Below, piece after piece: positions 19,413 through 30,596 of a DNA stretch of 64,000 bases. Source of the stretch: Myxococcota bacterium (GTDB lineage Bacteria > Myxococcota_A > UBA9160 > UBA4427); the NCBI GenBank assembly GCA_965250285.1, contig OZ252299.1, positions 4,224,001 to 4,288,000 on the forward strand. Reading direction: 5' to 3'. Position 1 is the first letter of the stretch; each line of letters begins with the position of its first letter. Under the pieces are notes generated by a model, which did not search any database, was not told the origin of the DNA, and saw only the letters and a program-made list of their open reading frames with translations. The translations under genes and the position numbers were made by a program.

Positions 19413-19743
19413 GACACGGAGGCAGTCGCTCGCCCGAGCGAACCCGGTCCATCGGCCACCTTCCCCCTGGGGCCAAGGTGCGAGAGATCCTGCCTGGACG
19501 GGTGTTTAGCGAGTTCGGCGTCGCTCCGAAAGCGGGCCGACCGCCTCGCCCCGTTGCATCTGGACAAGCGCTGGGGCCCGCGACCGATTCTGTATCCTGA
19601 CCGCTCCGCGCGCATCGGATTTACGATCGGAGGTGCTGAGAAGGCACCTAGCGCCGCTTGGCGGGCCGAATACACCACGGCAGGCCGCCGTTCGAGCCCT
19701 TCCGCGGGCCCGATGAGAACCGAGATCAGGAGCCGCACGCCCA

Positions 19744-20202
19744 ATGGCCAGCCCCACCGCAGCACCGAGCATCGACCCGACGGGCGTCGCCAGCGACCGC
19801 CTCGAGGGTCACCCGCTGCTGCTCTTCGACGGGGTCTGCAACTTCTGCCACTGGGCGGTGCAGTTCATCATCGCCCGTGACCCCGACGCCCAGTTCCGGT
19901 TCGCCTCGCTGCAGTCCGAGACCGGCCGCGAGGTGCTGCGCAGCGCGGGCCTGCCGGGTGACGTCACGACGATGATCCTGGTCGAGCCCGACGGTCGCGT
20001 CTCGTCGCGCAGCAGCGGCGCGCTTCGGGTCGCCATGCGCATGGGGGGGCTGTGGCCGGCGCTCGGCGTGCTGCTGCTGGTGCCCAGCTTCCTGCGCGAT
20101 CCCGTCTACGAGCTGATCGCGCGCAACCGCTATCGCTGGTTTGGTCAGAAGGACAGCTGCCCGATGCCCGACCCCGCGCTCGCCGATCGCTTTCTCGACT
20201 GA
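19744..20202 (+). CDS. DCC-family (DUF393) thiol-disulfide oxidoreductase
   Basis: LLFDGVCNFC, FASLQSE, RDPVYELIARNRYRWFG..C. Confidence 0.92.
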   Translation: MASPTAAPSIDPTGVASDRLEGHPLLLFDGVCNFCHWAVQFIIARDPDAQFRFASLQSETGREVLRSAGLPGDVTTMILVEPDGRVSSRSSGALRVAMRMGGLWPALGVLLLVPSFLRDPVYELIARNRYRWFGQKDSCPMPDPALADRFLD

Positions 20203-20264
20203 GAGCCGACGCGCCGCGATGGGTCGCACCTGGCACTCGGCGCGACCCCGCCGAGGTCGACGCG

Positions 20265-21446
20265 CTAGCGCGGATCGAGCGGCAGCGTCATCCACCCGTG
20301 CAGGATGCCGATCGGGATGCGCTGCCCCCGGTCGTCGCGCACGCGCACGTCGGGCAGCAGCTGCACGAGCGCCTCTAGACCGATACGCGCTTCGAGCCGC
20401 GCGAGATGCGAGCCGAGGCAGTAGTGAATGCCGTGCCCGAAGGCGACGTGATCTTGACGACGTCGGTCGAGGTCGATCTCGTCGGGTCGTTCGAAGTGAC
20501 GCGGGTCGCGGTTGGCCGCGGCGAACATCACCATCAACACGTCGCCTTCGCGAATGGTTCGGCCGTGCAGCTCGACGTCGGTGGTCGCAATGCGCGCCAA
20601 CCCGTTCACGGGCGACTCGAGTCGCAGCAGCTCGTTCACCAGCTTCGGGATCCGGCTCGGTTCGTCGCGCACGAGCCCCTGCAAGTCGGGGCGCGCCTGC
20701 AGACACAGCGCCGCATTCGAGAGCAGATTGGTCGTCGTCTCGTTGCCCGCCGCCCAGAGCAGCTGGCACAGCCCCACGAGCTCAGCGGGCGAGAGCGGGT
20801 TCTCGTCGTGCTCCGATGCGTCGATCAGCGCCGAGAAAAGGTCGTCCCGGCGGTCACTTCGACGCATCTCGATCAGCTCTGCGAGCGCGTTCGCCATTTC
20901 TCGCATGACCGTCGGGATCGAGTCGCTGCCGACCTCGGCGGCGCCGACGACGCTCGAGGTCGCATTCCACAAGAGCAGCCGCTCCTGCATCTCTTTCGGG
21001 ATGCCGAGCATTTCGGCGATCACGTTGACCGGAAACGGGCTCGTGAAGTGGCGCACGAGGTCGACGGGCTCGCCGTCGGCGAGCCGCGCGCGCAGCTCGC
21101 TCGCGAGGCCGGCCGCGATCTCGCGCAGGCGATCCTCTCGCTCGGCCGTGACGCGCGGCGTGAAGGCGGTGCTCAGAATGCGTCGCAGGCGATCGTGATG
21201 CGGCGGGTCGTCCTGGATCAGCGGCTGCCGTGGGATCCCCGCTTCGGCAAACCGTCCCGTCGCACCCCCCTTCGAAGAGAAGCGCTCGGGGTCGTGCAGC
21301 ACTCGGATCACATCGTCGTATCGCGTGATCATCCACAGCTGATCGGTCTCGTTGTAGTACACGGGCGCTTCGTCGCGGAGCATGGCCCAGACGGCGTAGG
21401 GATCGGCGACGTAGGCAGGCTCGTGAAGGTGGAACGTCGGCAGCAT
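20265..21446 (-). CDS. Cytochrome P450
   Basis: DPPHHDRLR, AGNETT I-helix, ELLR (ExxR), FGHGIHYCLG heme-Cys. Confidence 0.95.
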   Translation of the reverse strand: MLPTFHLHEPAYVADPYAVWAMLRDEAPVYYNETDQLWMITRYDDVIRVLHDPERFSSKGGATGRFAEAGIPRQPLIQDDPPHHDRLRRILSTAFTPRVTAEREDRLREIAAGLASELRARLADGEPVDLVRHFTSPFPVNVIAEMLGIPKEMQERLLLWNATSSVVGAAEVGSDSIPTVMREMANALAELIEMRRSDRRDDLFSALIDASEHDENPLSPAELVGLCQLLWAAGNETTTNLLSNAALCLQARPDLQGLVRDEPSRIPKLVNELLRLESPVNGLARIATTDVELHGRTIREGDVLMVMFAAANRDPRHFERPDEIDLDRRRQDHVAFGHGIHYCLGSHLARLEARIGLEALVQLLPDVRVRDDRGQRIPIGILHGWMTLPLDPR

Positions 21447-21478
21447 CGCGATGAAACCTCCGCTGCGCCGCCCGCGCC

Positions 21479-22072
21479 TCAGCTCGGGTCGGCGAGATAG
21501 AGCGAGACGAGCGTCTCGAGATCGTCACGGCGTGACTCGGGCGGGATCCAGCTGGCGACCAGATAGCCGAACACGCTCGTCAGAAAGAGGATGGTGGCCT
21601 GACCGGGCTCGAGACCCACGCGCAACTCACCGCAACGCGCAGCCTCGGTGAAGCGTCGCCCGAGCTCGGTCACGAGCGGAAACGGTTGCGACGCGAGCAC
21701 GCCCTCGTTCGAGCGCCGGGCAAACACGCCGGTCATTTCTCGAAACAACGCCGGGTCGCCGAGCTTCGTCTCGCACTCGATCATGCCTTCGACGAAGGCC
21801 GCCATCGCAACCGCGAGCGCCCCGGTCGGGCGAATGCGATCGACGATCCCGACCTCCATGCTCCACTGCAGATCGAGCAGCACGTGATCCTTGGTCGGGT
21901 AGTGGAAGTAGAAGCTCGGCCGCGAGACACCGGCGCGCTTCGCGATCGCCGCGACGCTCGCGCGGGCGAAACCCACGCGCTTGAACTCGTCGATCGCCGC
22001 GACGAACACGCGGCGGCGCGTCGCCTCGCGCTGCTGCTCGCGGGCGGATGGGGTGCGGAGCGGCAGATCCAT
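21479..22072 (-). CDS. TetR/AcrR transcriptional regulator
   Basis: IAKRAGVSRPSFYFHYPTKD helix-turn-helix. Confidence 0.92.
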   Translation of the reverse strand: MDLPLRTPSAREQQREATRRRVFVAAIDEFKRVGFARASVAAIAKRAGVSRPSFYFHYPTKDHVLLDLQWSMEVGIVDRIRPTGALAVAMAAFVEGMIECETKLGDPALFREMTGVFARRSNEGVLASQPFPLVTELGRRFTEAARCGELRVGLEPGQATILFLTSVFGYLVASWIPPESRRDDLETLVSLYLADPS

Positions 22073-22093
22073 GTCGCCAGCCTGCCTCTTCGA

Positions 22094-22127
22094 TTTACAA
22101 TCGTCAACGAAATCAGACGAACGTCAG
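22094..22127. promoter_or_regulatory. Possible TetR operator/promoter: two imperfect palindromes 20 bp apart
   Basis: TTTACAATCGTCAA and CAGACGAACGTCAG in an AT-richer patch just upstream of the tetR start. Confidence 0.3.
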
Positions 22128-22188
22128 CCAAATGAGCACAGCGAAGCCTCGACGGGTTCCCTTGGGGGAACCCTGTCTCAGCTCGCGT

Positions 22189-23418
<1,230 letters not shown>

Positions 23419-23499
23419 CTCGAGTCTCCTCCGGTCCGCGGCGGGTCGCCGGGGCGAACGAGACCTATAGCCCAGGGTCGGGGGCCGCTGGATGTCGGG

Positions 23500-24285
23500 T
23501 CAGCCCCGCCTCCGGCGGGCCCGCCAGGCGCCGCTGCCGGCGATCGCCAGCCCGAGCGCGGCCCCGCCCGGCCATGCGGCGACGGGCACCTCGAGCGGGG
23601 GGCCGATGACCATGTAGTCGCCGGGGCCGTGAAGCGTCTCGCCTTCGGCCGCCGCCTCGAGCTCGATCGCGAGCGTGGTCGGGCCGGTCGAGATCCACTG
23701 GGCTTGATCCGTCCACACACCGCCAGTCTCGGCTTCGTCCGAGCGCTCATCGGCCGTCTCGTCTTCGACGCCACCGGGAGACCACTGCGCATGGTCGGCG
23801 ATCGTGTTGCCATTGCCGAAGCTGACGGGTGAGAAGTAGAGCTGGATCCCGTAGGCGCCCGAATCGAAGGGCAGCGCGAAGGTGCCGAGCGAAGACACGT
23901 CGATGCGCTGGGGATCGCCCGGAGGCGCGTCGTCGAGCGTGTGGATGAAGAGCGCGTCGCCGGGCCCGAGATCGATGCCATTCAGACCGATCGCCGAGGA
24001 GTAGCGGCGGATCTGGTCTTCGTCGTGCGTGCAGAATCGCCAACCATCGAGCGACTCCGTCGCGTCGCCGAAGTTGCGAAGCTCGATCACGCCGGTCGTG
24101 AAGTCGAACGAACGCATCTGGACGTCCCGCGGCGCGGCCCCGGCGGTCGACGCCAGGGTCAGGAGGGCCAGCGCCTGTGCCACGATGATCCCGAGCCGGG
24201 GCAGGTCGATGGGCGACGGCGCACGAATGGGGTGTCGCGGCCGCAGGGCCGGAAGGGCTCGGACCGCCGGGGCGAGAGAGGGCAT
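23500..24285 (-). CDS. Secreted lamin-tail-domain-like protein with C-terminal VP-hydrophobic-RRRR sorting tail
   Basis: AGGAG upstream; signal-like segment ending AGA; IELRNFGDATESLDGWRFC; tail EVPVAAWPGGAALGLAIAGSGAWRARRRRG. Confidence 0.65.
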   Translation of the reverse strand: MPSLAPAVRALPALRPRHPIRAPSPIDLPRLGIIVAQALALLTLASTAGAAPRDVQMRSFDFTTGVIELRNFGDATESLDGWRFCTHDEDQIRRYSSAIGLNGIDLGPGDALFIHTLDDAPPGDPQRIDVSSLGTFALPFDSGAYGIQLYFSPVSFGNGNTIADHAQWSPGGVEDETADERSDEAETGGVWTDQAQWISTGPTTLAIELEAAAEGETLHGPGDYMVIGPPLEVPVAAWPGGAALGLAIAGSGAWRARRRRG

Positions 24286-24660
24286 CGAACGCGTCTCCTG
24301 AGTCGCGCCGCCGGGGGCGCCCGGTGCGCGTTGCGCTTCGATGCGTGCCGCCGGACTTCGCTCCCGAATTTTTCGGTTCGATTCGACGAAATCGATCGCC
24401 CGTCGGCATCGAAGCCGTCGAGCGTCGGTCGGGGAGCGGTGCCCCTCGCGGGGACTCAGATCCCAGCTCGGGCGGGCCGATGATCGGTCCGATGACGCAG
24501 CAGGTGAGGTGAGCCGGGCTACACTGCTCAGACTCCCCGAAAGCTCGCCGAGCGACGCACCCGGAGCGCTCGGCCCACATCACTTCGATCGGCGGAGCGC
24601 CGAGAAATTCATCTGTCCGGGCGCGCCGCGCCCGGTCACGAACGGCACAGGCACACTCTC

Positions 24661-26427
24661 ATGGCCGCCAGCTCGCCCACATCGCAGCTTCGCTCTCTCC
24701 TCGGGCGCCTTGCTCCGCATCTGCGCGAGAACCGCCGCCTCTATCTCGGCGGCTCGATCTTCCTCGTGCTCAGCACGGTCACCACCCTCGCCTATCCGCA
24801 GATCGCCCGCATCGTCGTCGACGAGGCGGTGCTCGGGGGTGAACTCGAGCGCCTCAATCCGCTCGCGTTCCTGATGCTCGGCATCCTCGTCGTCGAAGGT
24901 TTTGCGCTCTGGCTCTTCCTGCTGCTCTTCGGCATCGCGGCCCGCAACACCGCCGAGTCGATACGCGAGGAGCTGGTCGAGCATTTCGTCGAGCAGGAGA
25001 TCGCGTTCTTCGACAAGGAGAGTGCGAGTGATCTGATGGCGCGACTGGTGAGCGACGTCGCCGTCGTGCGCGATCTCGTCGGCAGAGCGATGCCCGAGGC
25101 CGTTCGACAGGTCTTCTTCTTGATCGGTGGCCTGGTGCTGGTGATCGAAGCCTCGCCGCTGCTGGCGGCGACGATCGGGCTCGTCTGGCCGCCGGTGTAC
25201 TTCGGCACCGCGCGGCTCAGTGAGAAGGTCCGAGGCGCGGGCAGGGAGGTCCAATCGGCCGAGAGCGACATTGCCAGCGCCGCGCTCGAGAGCCTGGAGG
25301 GGATTCGCACGGTGCGCGCCTACGGGCGCGAGCGCAGCGAGAGTCAGCGCTTCCGGCGCTTCGTGCAGGCGAAGTTTCAGAGCTCGACGCGCGGCATCAA
25401 GGCCCAGTCGATCCTCGAGGGCTTCTCGAAGGTGGCCACCGAGTCGAGTCTGATCCTCGGCCTCTGGCTCGGCGGCTGGCTGATCGCACGCGATCAGCTC
25501 ACGACCGGCGCCCTCGTCTCGTTCATCCTCTACGCCGGTCTCGTCGCTCGATCGACCAAGAACCTCTCGAACTTCTACGCGGTCGTCGCGCGGACGCACG
25601 GCACGACCGAGCGCATCTTCTCGTATCTCGACCGCGAGACGCGCATGCCGATCGAAGGTGGTGAGCGCCTCGACCCCTTGCGAGGCGAGATCAGCTTCGA
25701 GAACGTGCACTTCTACTACGGCGAGCGCGGCGACGACGAATTCCCGCACGGCCTCGAAGGCATCGACCTGAACATCGACCGGGGCGAGGAGATCGCGATC
25801 GTCGGCGCCTCGGGCTCGGGGAAGAGCACGCTGATGCGCCTCGCCGTGCGCTTCTACGACCCCGACGAGGGCGTGGTGCGACTCGACGGCCACGACATTC
25901 GCACGCTCGACCCGGGCTGGCTCCGACGCAACGTGACCTTCGTCGCCCAGGATTCGTCGCTCTTCTCGCGGACGATCGACGAGAATCTGCGCTTCGGTCG
26001 CGAAGACGCCGAGCCCGAAGAGGTCGCCGCCGCGATCGAGGCGGCCGGCGCGCGCACGCTGATCGCATCGCAGCCCGACGGGCTCGAGACGAACGTCGGC
26101 GACCACGGCTCGCGGCTCTCGGGCGGTCAGCGCCAGCGCATCGCGCTCGCGCGCGCGCTTCTCTGCGAAGCGCCGGTGCTGATTCTAGACGAGGCGACGA
26201 GCGCGCTCGATTCGGAGAGCGAGTCGCACATCAAGGAGTCGCTGCGCAAGCTGTCGTATCGCCCGACCGTGATCTGGATCGCACACCGTCTGTCGACGGT
26301 GGTCGACGTCGGCCGGGTGATCGTCGTCGATCGCGGCCGTATCGTCGCCGATGGCTCGCACTCGCAGCTGATTCAGACGTCGCCGGTCTATCGCGACCTG
26401 GTCGAGACCCAGCTCGTCAGCGAGTAG
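24661..26427 (+). CDS. ABC exporter, fused permease/ATP-binding (MsbA-like)
   Basis: 6 TM segments, GASGSGKST, LSGGQRQR, ILDEATSALD, IAHRLST. Confidence 0.93.
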   Translation: MAASSPTSQLRSLLGRLAPHLRENRRLYLGGSIFLVLSTVTTLAYPQIARIVVDEAVLGGELERLNPLAFLMLGILVVEGFALWLFLLLFGIAARNTAESIREELVEHFVEQEIAFFDKESASDLMARLVSDVAVVRDLVGRAMPEAVRQVFFLIGGLVLVIEASPLLAATIGLVWPPVYFGTARLSEKVRGAGREVQSAESDIASAALESLEGIRTVRAYGRERSESQRFRRFVQAKFQSSTRGIKAQSILEGFSKVATESSLILGLWLGGWLIARDQLTTGALVSFILYAGLVARSTKNLSNFYAVVARTHGTTERIFSYLDRETRMPIEGGERLDPLRGEISFENVHFYYGERGDDEFPHGLEGIDLNIDRGEEIAIVGASGSGKSTLMRLAVRFYDPDEGVVRLDGHDIRTLDPGWLRRNVTFVAQDSSLFSRTIDENLRFGREDAEPEEVAAAIEAAGARTLIASQPDGLETNVGDHGSRLSGGQRQRIALARALLCEAPVLILDEATSALDSESESHIKESLRKLSYRPTVIWIAHRLSTVVDVGRVIVVDRGRIVADGSHSQLIQTSPVYRDLVETQLVSE

Positions 26428-26492
26428 CCACCCCGCTTCGCCGAGCCGGCGCGGCGCAGCGAAGCGATCGGGCGTGATATCGTCGCGGCCTC

Positions 26493-28280
26493 ATGCGATC
26501 GGCTCTGACCATCCCCCATCTCATCCTCTCGAGGCCGTCGCGGTGCGCCGCGGGCGCGCTTGCGCTGCTGCTCGCCGTCGGTCTACTCGCAGCGCCGTGC
26601 GGCTGGGCGCAGGCCGCAGACGCGAAAGACGAGCCGCTCCTCGGGCAGCTGCTGCCCGAGGACGAGAGCGAGGACGGCGAAGCATCCACGCCCAATGCGG
26701 GCCGCAAGGCGCGCAGCCTCGCCTCGATCCTGCAGTCGCAGGGCGCGCTGGCGTCGGAGCTCGCCGAGCTGCAGGCCCGGCTCGAGACCGAGGCGGCTCG
26801 GGGCCGCGAGGCCGTCATTCGCGAAGAGATCGGCGAGATCTCGGCCAAGATCGAGGCGCTCGACTACAGCTTCAGCGAGCTCGCCGCCGAGATCGACCCG
26901 AACGATTTCACCGACGACGAAGAACAGGCGCGCCTCGACCTCGGGGGCGAGATCCGCGAGCTACTGGGCCCGCTGATCGGCGAACTCAAGCGGGCGACGA
27001 GTCGCCCACGCGAGATCGATCGACTGCGCACCGAGATCGACCGCACCGAAGAGCAGCTCGAGCTGATCGCGACCGGGCTCGGCAACCTGGCCGTGCTGAC
27101 CGCGGGCGTGCAGGATCCGAGCCTGCGGGCCGCGCTCGAGCAGGAGCGCACCGACTGGGTCGCCCTGAACCTCGAGCTCGCGACCCGCTACGAGATCGAC
27201 CGCCAGCGACTCGACCAGATGCTGTCCGAGCAGACCTCGTTCGGCGAGGCGCTCGAGAGCGTCTTCCAGCTCTTCTTCAAGAGCCGCGGTCGCAACCTGA
27301 TCCTCGCGCTCGGCGCGACGATCCTCTTCATGCTGCTGCTGCGCCGACTGCAGGCGCAGGCGCTGCAGACGAGCGCCATGCAGCGCCGCGGCGACTCGCT
27401 GCTGCCCCGCATCCTGAACTTGCTCTTCGTGGTGTTCATGGGCATCGGCGGGGTGCTCGTCTTTCTCCTCGTCCTGTACTTCTTCGGCGACTGGGTGCTG
27501 CTCGTGCTGGTGCTGCTGGTCGTCTTCGGCGCACTGTGGGCGTCGAAGCAGGCGATCCCTCGCTTCTGGACCCAGGCGACGCTGCTGCTGAACCTCGGCC
27601 CGGTGCGTGAGGGCGAGCGCATCCAGATCGACGGACTGCCGTGGCGGATCGAGCAGCTCAACTTCTACACCGACCTCGTCAACGATCGTCTGACGGGGGG
27701 CAAGCTGCGGCTGCCGATCGGCGATCTGACCGACGCGCGGTCGCGCGAGTGGGACGAGGCTGAACCCTGGTTTCCGTGCGAAGAGGGCGACTGGGTCGTG
27801 CTCTCCGACGACACGTTCGGCCAGATCGACGTGCAGACACCCGAGCAGGTGGTGCTACGCCTGATGGGCGGGGCGGTTCGGACGCTCCCGACCGCGACGT
27901 TCCTCGAGGCCCGGCCCACGAACCTCTCGCAGGGGTTCACGGCCAAGAAGGTCTTCGGCCTCGACTATGCCCACATCGGCATCGTCACCGAAGAGATCCC
28001 TCGACTGCTCCAGACGTTCGTCCGGGACGGACTTCAGCAGACGCCCGTCGCCGAGTGGGTCGAAGACGTCGAGGTCTTCTTCGACGACGCCGCTGCCTCG
28101 TCGGTCAACGTACGCGTCATCGCGACGATCGCGGGGGGAGGCGCTTCGTTCTACAAGATCGTGCCGCGCATGATCGCCAAGCTCTGCGTCGACGCCTGCA
28201 ACGCCTACGGCTGGCAGATCCCGTTCGCGCAGCTCACGGTGCATCGGGCCGACCTGCCCACCGACGGCGGCGACGCCTGA
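26493..28280 (+). CDS. MscS-like mechanosensitive channel protein with large periplasmic coiled-coil
   Basis: Signal peptide, long coiled coil, TM helices, GPVREGERIQIDG beta domain, C-terminal FGLDY..GWQIPFAQLTVH; start uncertain. Confidence 0.72.
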   Translation: MRSALTIPHLILSRPSRCAAGALALLLAVGLLAAPCGWAQAADAKDEPLLGQLLPEDESEDGEASTPNAGRKARSLASILQSQGALASELAELQARLETEAARGREAVIREEIGEISAKIEALDYSFSELAAEIDPNDFTDDEEQARLDLGGEIRELLGPLIGELKRATSRPREIDRLRTEIDRTEEQLELIATGLGNLAVLTAGVQDPSLRAALEQERTDWVALNLELATRYEIDRQRLDQMLSEQTSFGEALESVFQLFFKSRGRNLILALGATILFMLLLRRLQAQALQTSAMQRRGDSLLPRILNLLFVVFMGIGGVLVFLLVLYFFGDWVLLVLVLLVVFGALWASKQAIPRFWTQATLLLNLGPVREGERIQIDGLPWRIEQLNFYTDLVNDRLTGGKLRLPIGDLTDARSREWDEAEPWFPCEEGDWVVLSDDTFGQIDVQTPEQVVLRLMGGAVRTLPTATFLEARPTNLSQGFTAKKVFGLDYAHIGIVTEEIPRLLQTFVRDGLQQTPVAEWVEDVEVFFDDAAASSVNVRVIATIAGGGASFYKIVPRMIAKLCVDACNAYGWQIPFAQLTVHRADLPTDGGDA

Positions 28281-28304
28281 CTCCGACGTCGAACCCGAGC
28301 CCCG

Positions 28305-28352
28305 AAAAGAGAAAGGGCGGGTGGAGCCTCGGCTCCACCCGCCCTTCGCTTT
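28305..28352 (-). terminator. Intrinsic terminator between convergent genes, possibly bidirectional
   Basis: 16-bp inverted repeat AAGGGCGGGTGGAGCC/GGCTCCACCCGCCCTT; minus-strand tail TCTCTTTT. Confidence 0.8.
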
Positions 28353-28370
28353 GTCGTCTTGCCGACGGGC

Positions 28371-28883
28371 CTAGAGGATCTGGGCCAGCTCCGGCGACAC
28401 GTGCCGGGCAGCGGTGTCCATCAGGATGTTGCCCTGCTCGTCCTGGAAGAAGATGCCGTGCTCGTCCTTCGAGATGATGAGCGTCCGCGTTGTGCCCTCG
28501 GGCGAGGTCAGAACGGCGGTGATGGTGTCATCGAGCTCGTGAGTCATCGTGACCTGGGTGCCGTCTTCGGTCGTGAACGACTTCGTGCTGCCGACGTCGT
28601 CCTGCGCGGCGCCCGGCGTCACGGCCGGCTGACCACTGACCGGATTCTCGCCGGTCCAGAACTCCATCGAGTTCACGACCAGCATGTCACCCATGCCCGC
28701 GAAGGGATAGACCGGGATGATGTAGAGGCCGAGGAAGAGGAACCAACGCTCCCAACGGCCGTCGACGGTCTCGAGGTTCCACTCGCGCACCTTGCCCGTG
28801 AGGGCAAATTTGCCGATGCAGGCGGTGCTGAACGAGGCAATCAGTGCGAGCGCCATGGTCAGGGCGACGAGTCTCTTCTTCAT
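28371..28883 (-). CDS. DUF3332-like lipoprotein
   Basis: MKKR..FSTA-CIGKFALT..WN..IIPVY..DMLVVNSMEFWTGENPV; AGGAG RBS. Confidence 0.8.
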   Translation of the reverse strand: MKKRLVALTMALALIASFSTACIGKFALTGKVREWNLETVDGRWERWFLFLGLYIIPVYPFAGMGDMLVVNSMEFWTGENPVSGQPAVTPGAAQDDVGSTKSFTTEDGTQVTMTHELDDTITAVLTSPEGTTRTLIISKDEHGIFFQDEQGNILMDTAARHVSPELAQIL

Positions 28884-29163
28884 CTGAATCACTGCTCCTG
28901 TCGAGCGCGCCGGCGTGCGGCGCCTCCTTCCCCCTGCCATCGCGCCGGTCGACGGGCTTGCCCCGCACCCGATCACGCGCTGGCCCGCCCGACACGACCC
29001 CCGCGGCCATGTGGGTGATTCGGGATCAGCCAAATCGTACGCGTCGGACCATACACGCTGGCGCATGGCCGTGCATCGGGCAGATTTCCCCACGACTCGC
29101 GATATTCGATCTTCGGTCGAGATGCCCGTTCGCACGGGCGCCGGGTGGGCCGTGCTTCGGCGC

Positions 29164-30432
29164 TCAGCCCCGCGACTGCGCCTGCTCGAAGCGCGCGCGC
29201 TGGAACGTGATGCAGGTCGAGTCGGCGGGGATCTCGTCGAGCTCGGTCGAGACCAGCTCGGGCGTGATGCCGAGGGCGTTCGCTGCCGGCCTCAGCTTTT
29301 CTAGATCGAATCCGTACAGATTCGCCGCGTTCTCCCCCAGCATCATGCGCACCTCGTGCTCGGTCACGTCCGAGAATGCGAAGCGCATGTTCTCGCGCGA
29401 GTAGGGGTAGCAGCCTTCGTAGTGCGGGTAGTCGTTGCCCCAGAGGATCCGATCGAGCCCGACCGTGTCGCGGCCCTTGATGTCGCGGGGGCCTGGGAAG
29501 CTCGCGCCGTACCAGCAGTTTCGCTTCGCGTAGAAGCTCGGCGGCTCCTTGAGCGCGGGATCCTTGCTGGTGTCGATCTCGCCGATCGCGCCGGCCTTCC
29601 ACGCCATGTACATGGCGTCCATCTGACGCATCAAGCCCGGCGCCCAGGCCGAGCCCGACTCGGTCAGGATGAACCGCAGGTTCGGGAAGCGTTCGAAGAC
29701 GCCCCCCATGATCAGCGTCGTGTACCCGCGCTGAACATAGAAGGGCATCTCCATGGCCCAGAGCGCCTTCGAGCCCTGGTGCTCGCCGTACTCGGGCGAG
29801 CCCTGGCCCGAGTGCTGATTCATGACCAGCGCGTGATCCTGGATCACGGCCCAGAGTCGATCGTAGTCGGGGTGGTTGAGCGGCTTGAGCCAGTGTTCGC
29901 TCGGCGACGGCAGGGGCAGCAGCACCCCCCCGCGCAGCCCGTGCTCAGCGATCCACTGCACGTCTTCGATCGCGTCGTCGATGTCGTTCAGGTGAATCAG
30001 GCCGATGCCCGCCCGCCGATCGGGCTGCTCGGCGCAAAACTCGGCGAGCCAGCGGTTGTGTGCGCGGGTGCCCGCCAGGGCATGCTCGTACTCGTCGGGT
30101 CGAGGCGGCGGCGAGACGTGGAAGGCGCTCTTGTAGAAGGGCGGGACCGTGTTCGGGTAGATGACCTCGCCGACGACGCCGTCGCTCTCGAGGTCGTTCA
30201 TGCGGAGATCCGAATCCCAGTTCTTCAGCTTCTTCGAGCCGACATGCTTCTTCGCCGGGTTCTTGTAGCCGCCGCGCCAGGCGTCGAAGTCATCGCGATA
30301 CTTTGGGTCGAGGTAGTCGCGGTAGCTGTCGATCGATGCGCCCGCGTGCGTGTCGGCGGTGATGCAGACGTAGGGTGCGTTCTCACCGGTCGGCGTGGGC
30401 GTCGTCGAATGCGGGGTCGGGGCGGCGGACAC
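29164..30432 (-). CDS. Amidohydrolase family (Amidohydro_2) protein
   Basis: ITADTHAG, DGVVGEVIYPN, HNRWLAEFC, GVFERFPNL, WGNDYPHYEG. Confidence 0.9.
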   Translation of the reverse strand: MSAAPTPHSTTPTPTGENAPYVCITADTHAGASIDSYRDYLDPKYRDDFDAWRGGYKNPAKKHVGSKKLKNWDSDLRMNDLESDGVVGEVIYPNTVPPFYKSAFHVSPPPRPDEYEHALAGTRAHNRWLAEFCAEQPDRRAGIGLIHLNDIDDAIEDVQWIAEHGLRGGVLLPLPSPSEHWLKPLNHPDYDRLWAVIQDHALVMNQHSGQGSPEYGEHQGSKALWAMEMPFYVQRGYTTLIMGGVFERFPNLRFILTESGSAWAPGLMRQMDAMYMAWKAGAIGEIDTSKDPALKEPPSFYAKRNCWYGASFPGPRDIKGRDTVGLDRILWGNDYPHYEGCYPYSRENMRFAFSDVTEHEVRMMLGENAANLYGFDLEKLRPAANALGITPELVSTELDEIPADSTCITFQRARFEQAQSRG

Positions 30433-30596
30433 GGTGGCTCTCCTGCTCGGTGGGCGCGATCCGGTCGAGATTCTACCCCGACGATCCGGCGGCCGGGCAG
30501 CCGCGCCCCGGCGTGCCGTACGACTTCGAGAGAAGTCTTCGCCATACAGTCGACGTCACCGAGGTGCGTGTCGCCGAGACGGCCATCTCGCGCCGT

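Noticed and set aside
19085..19765. ORFs spanning the hppA-DCC intergenic region
   Set aside because: They have no motifs, cross a non-triplet repeat array and overlap neighbouring starts.
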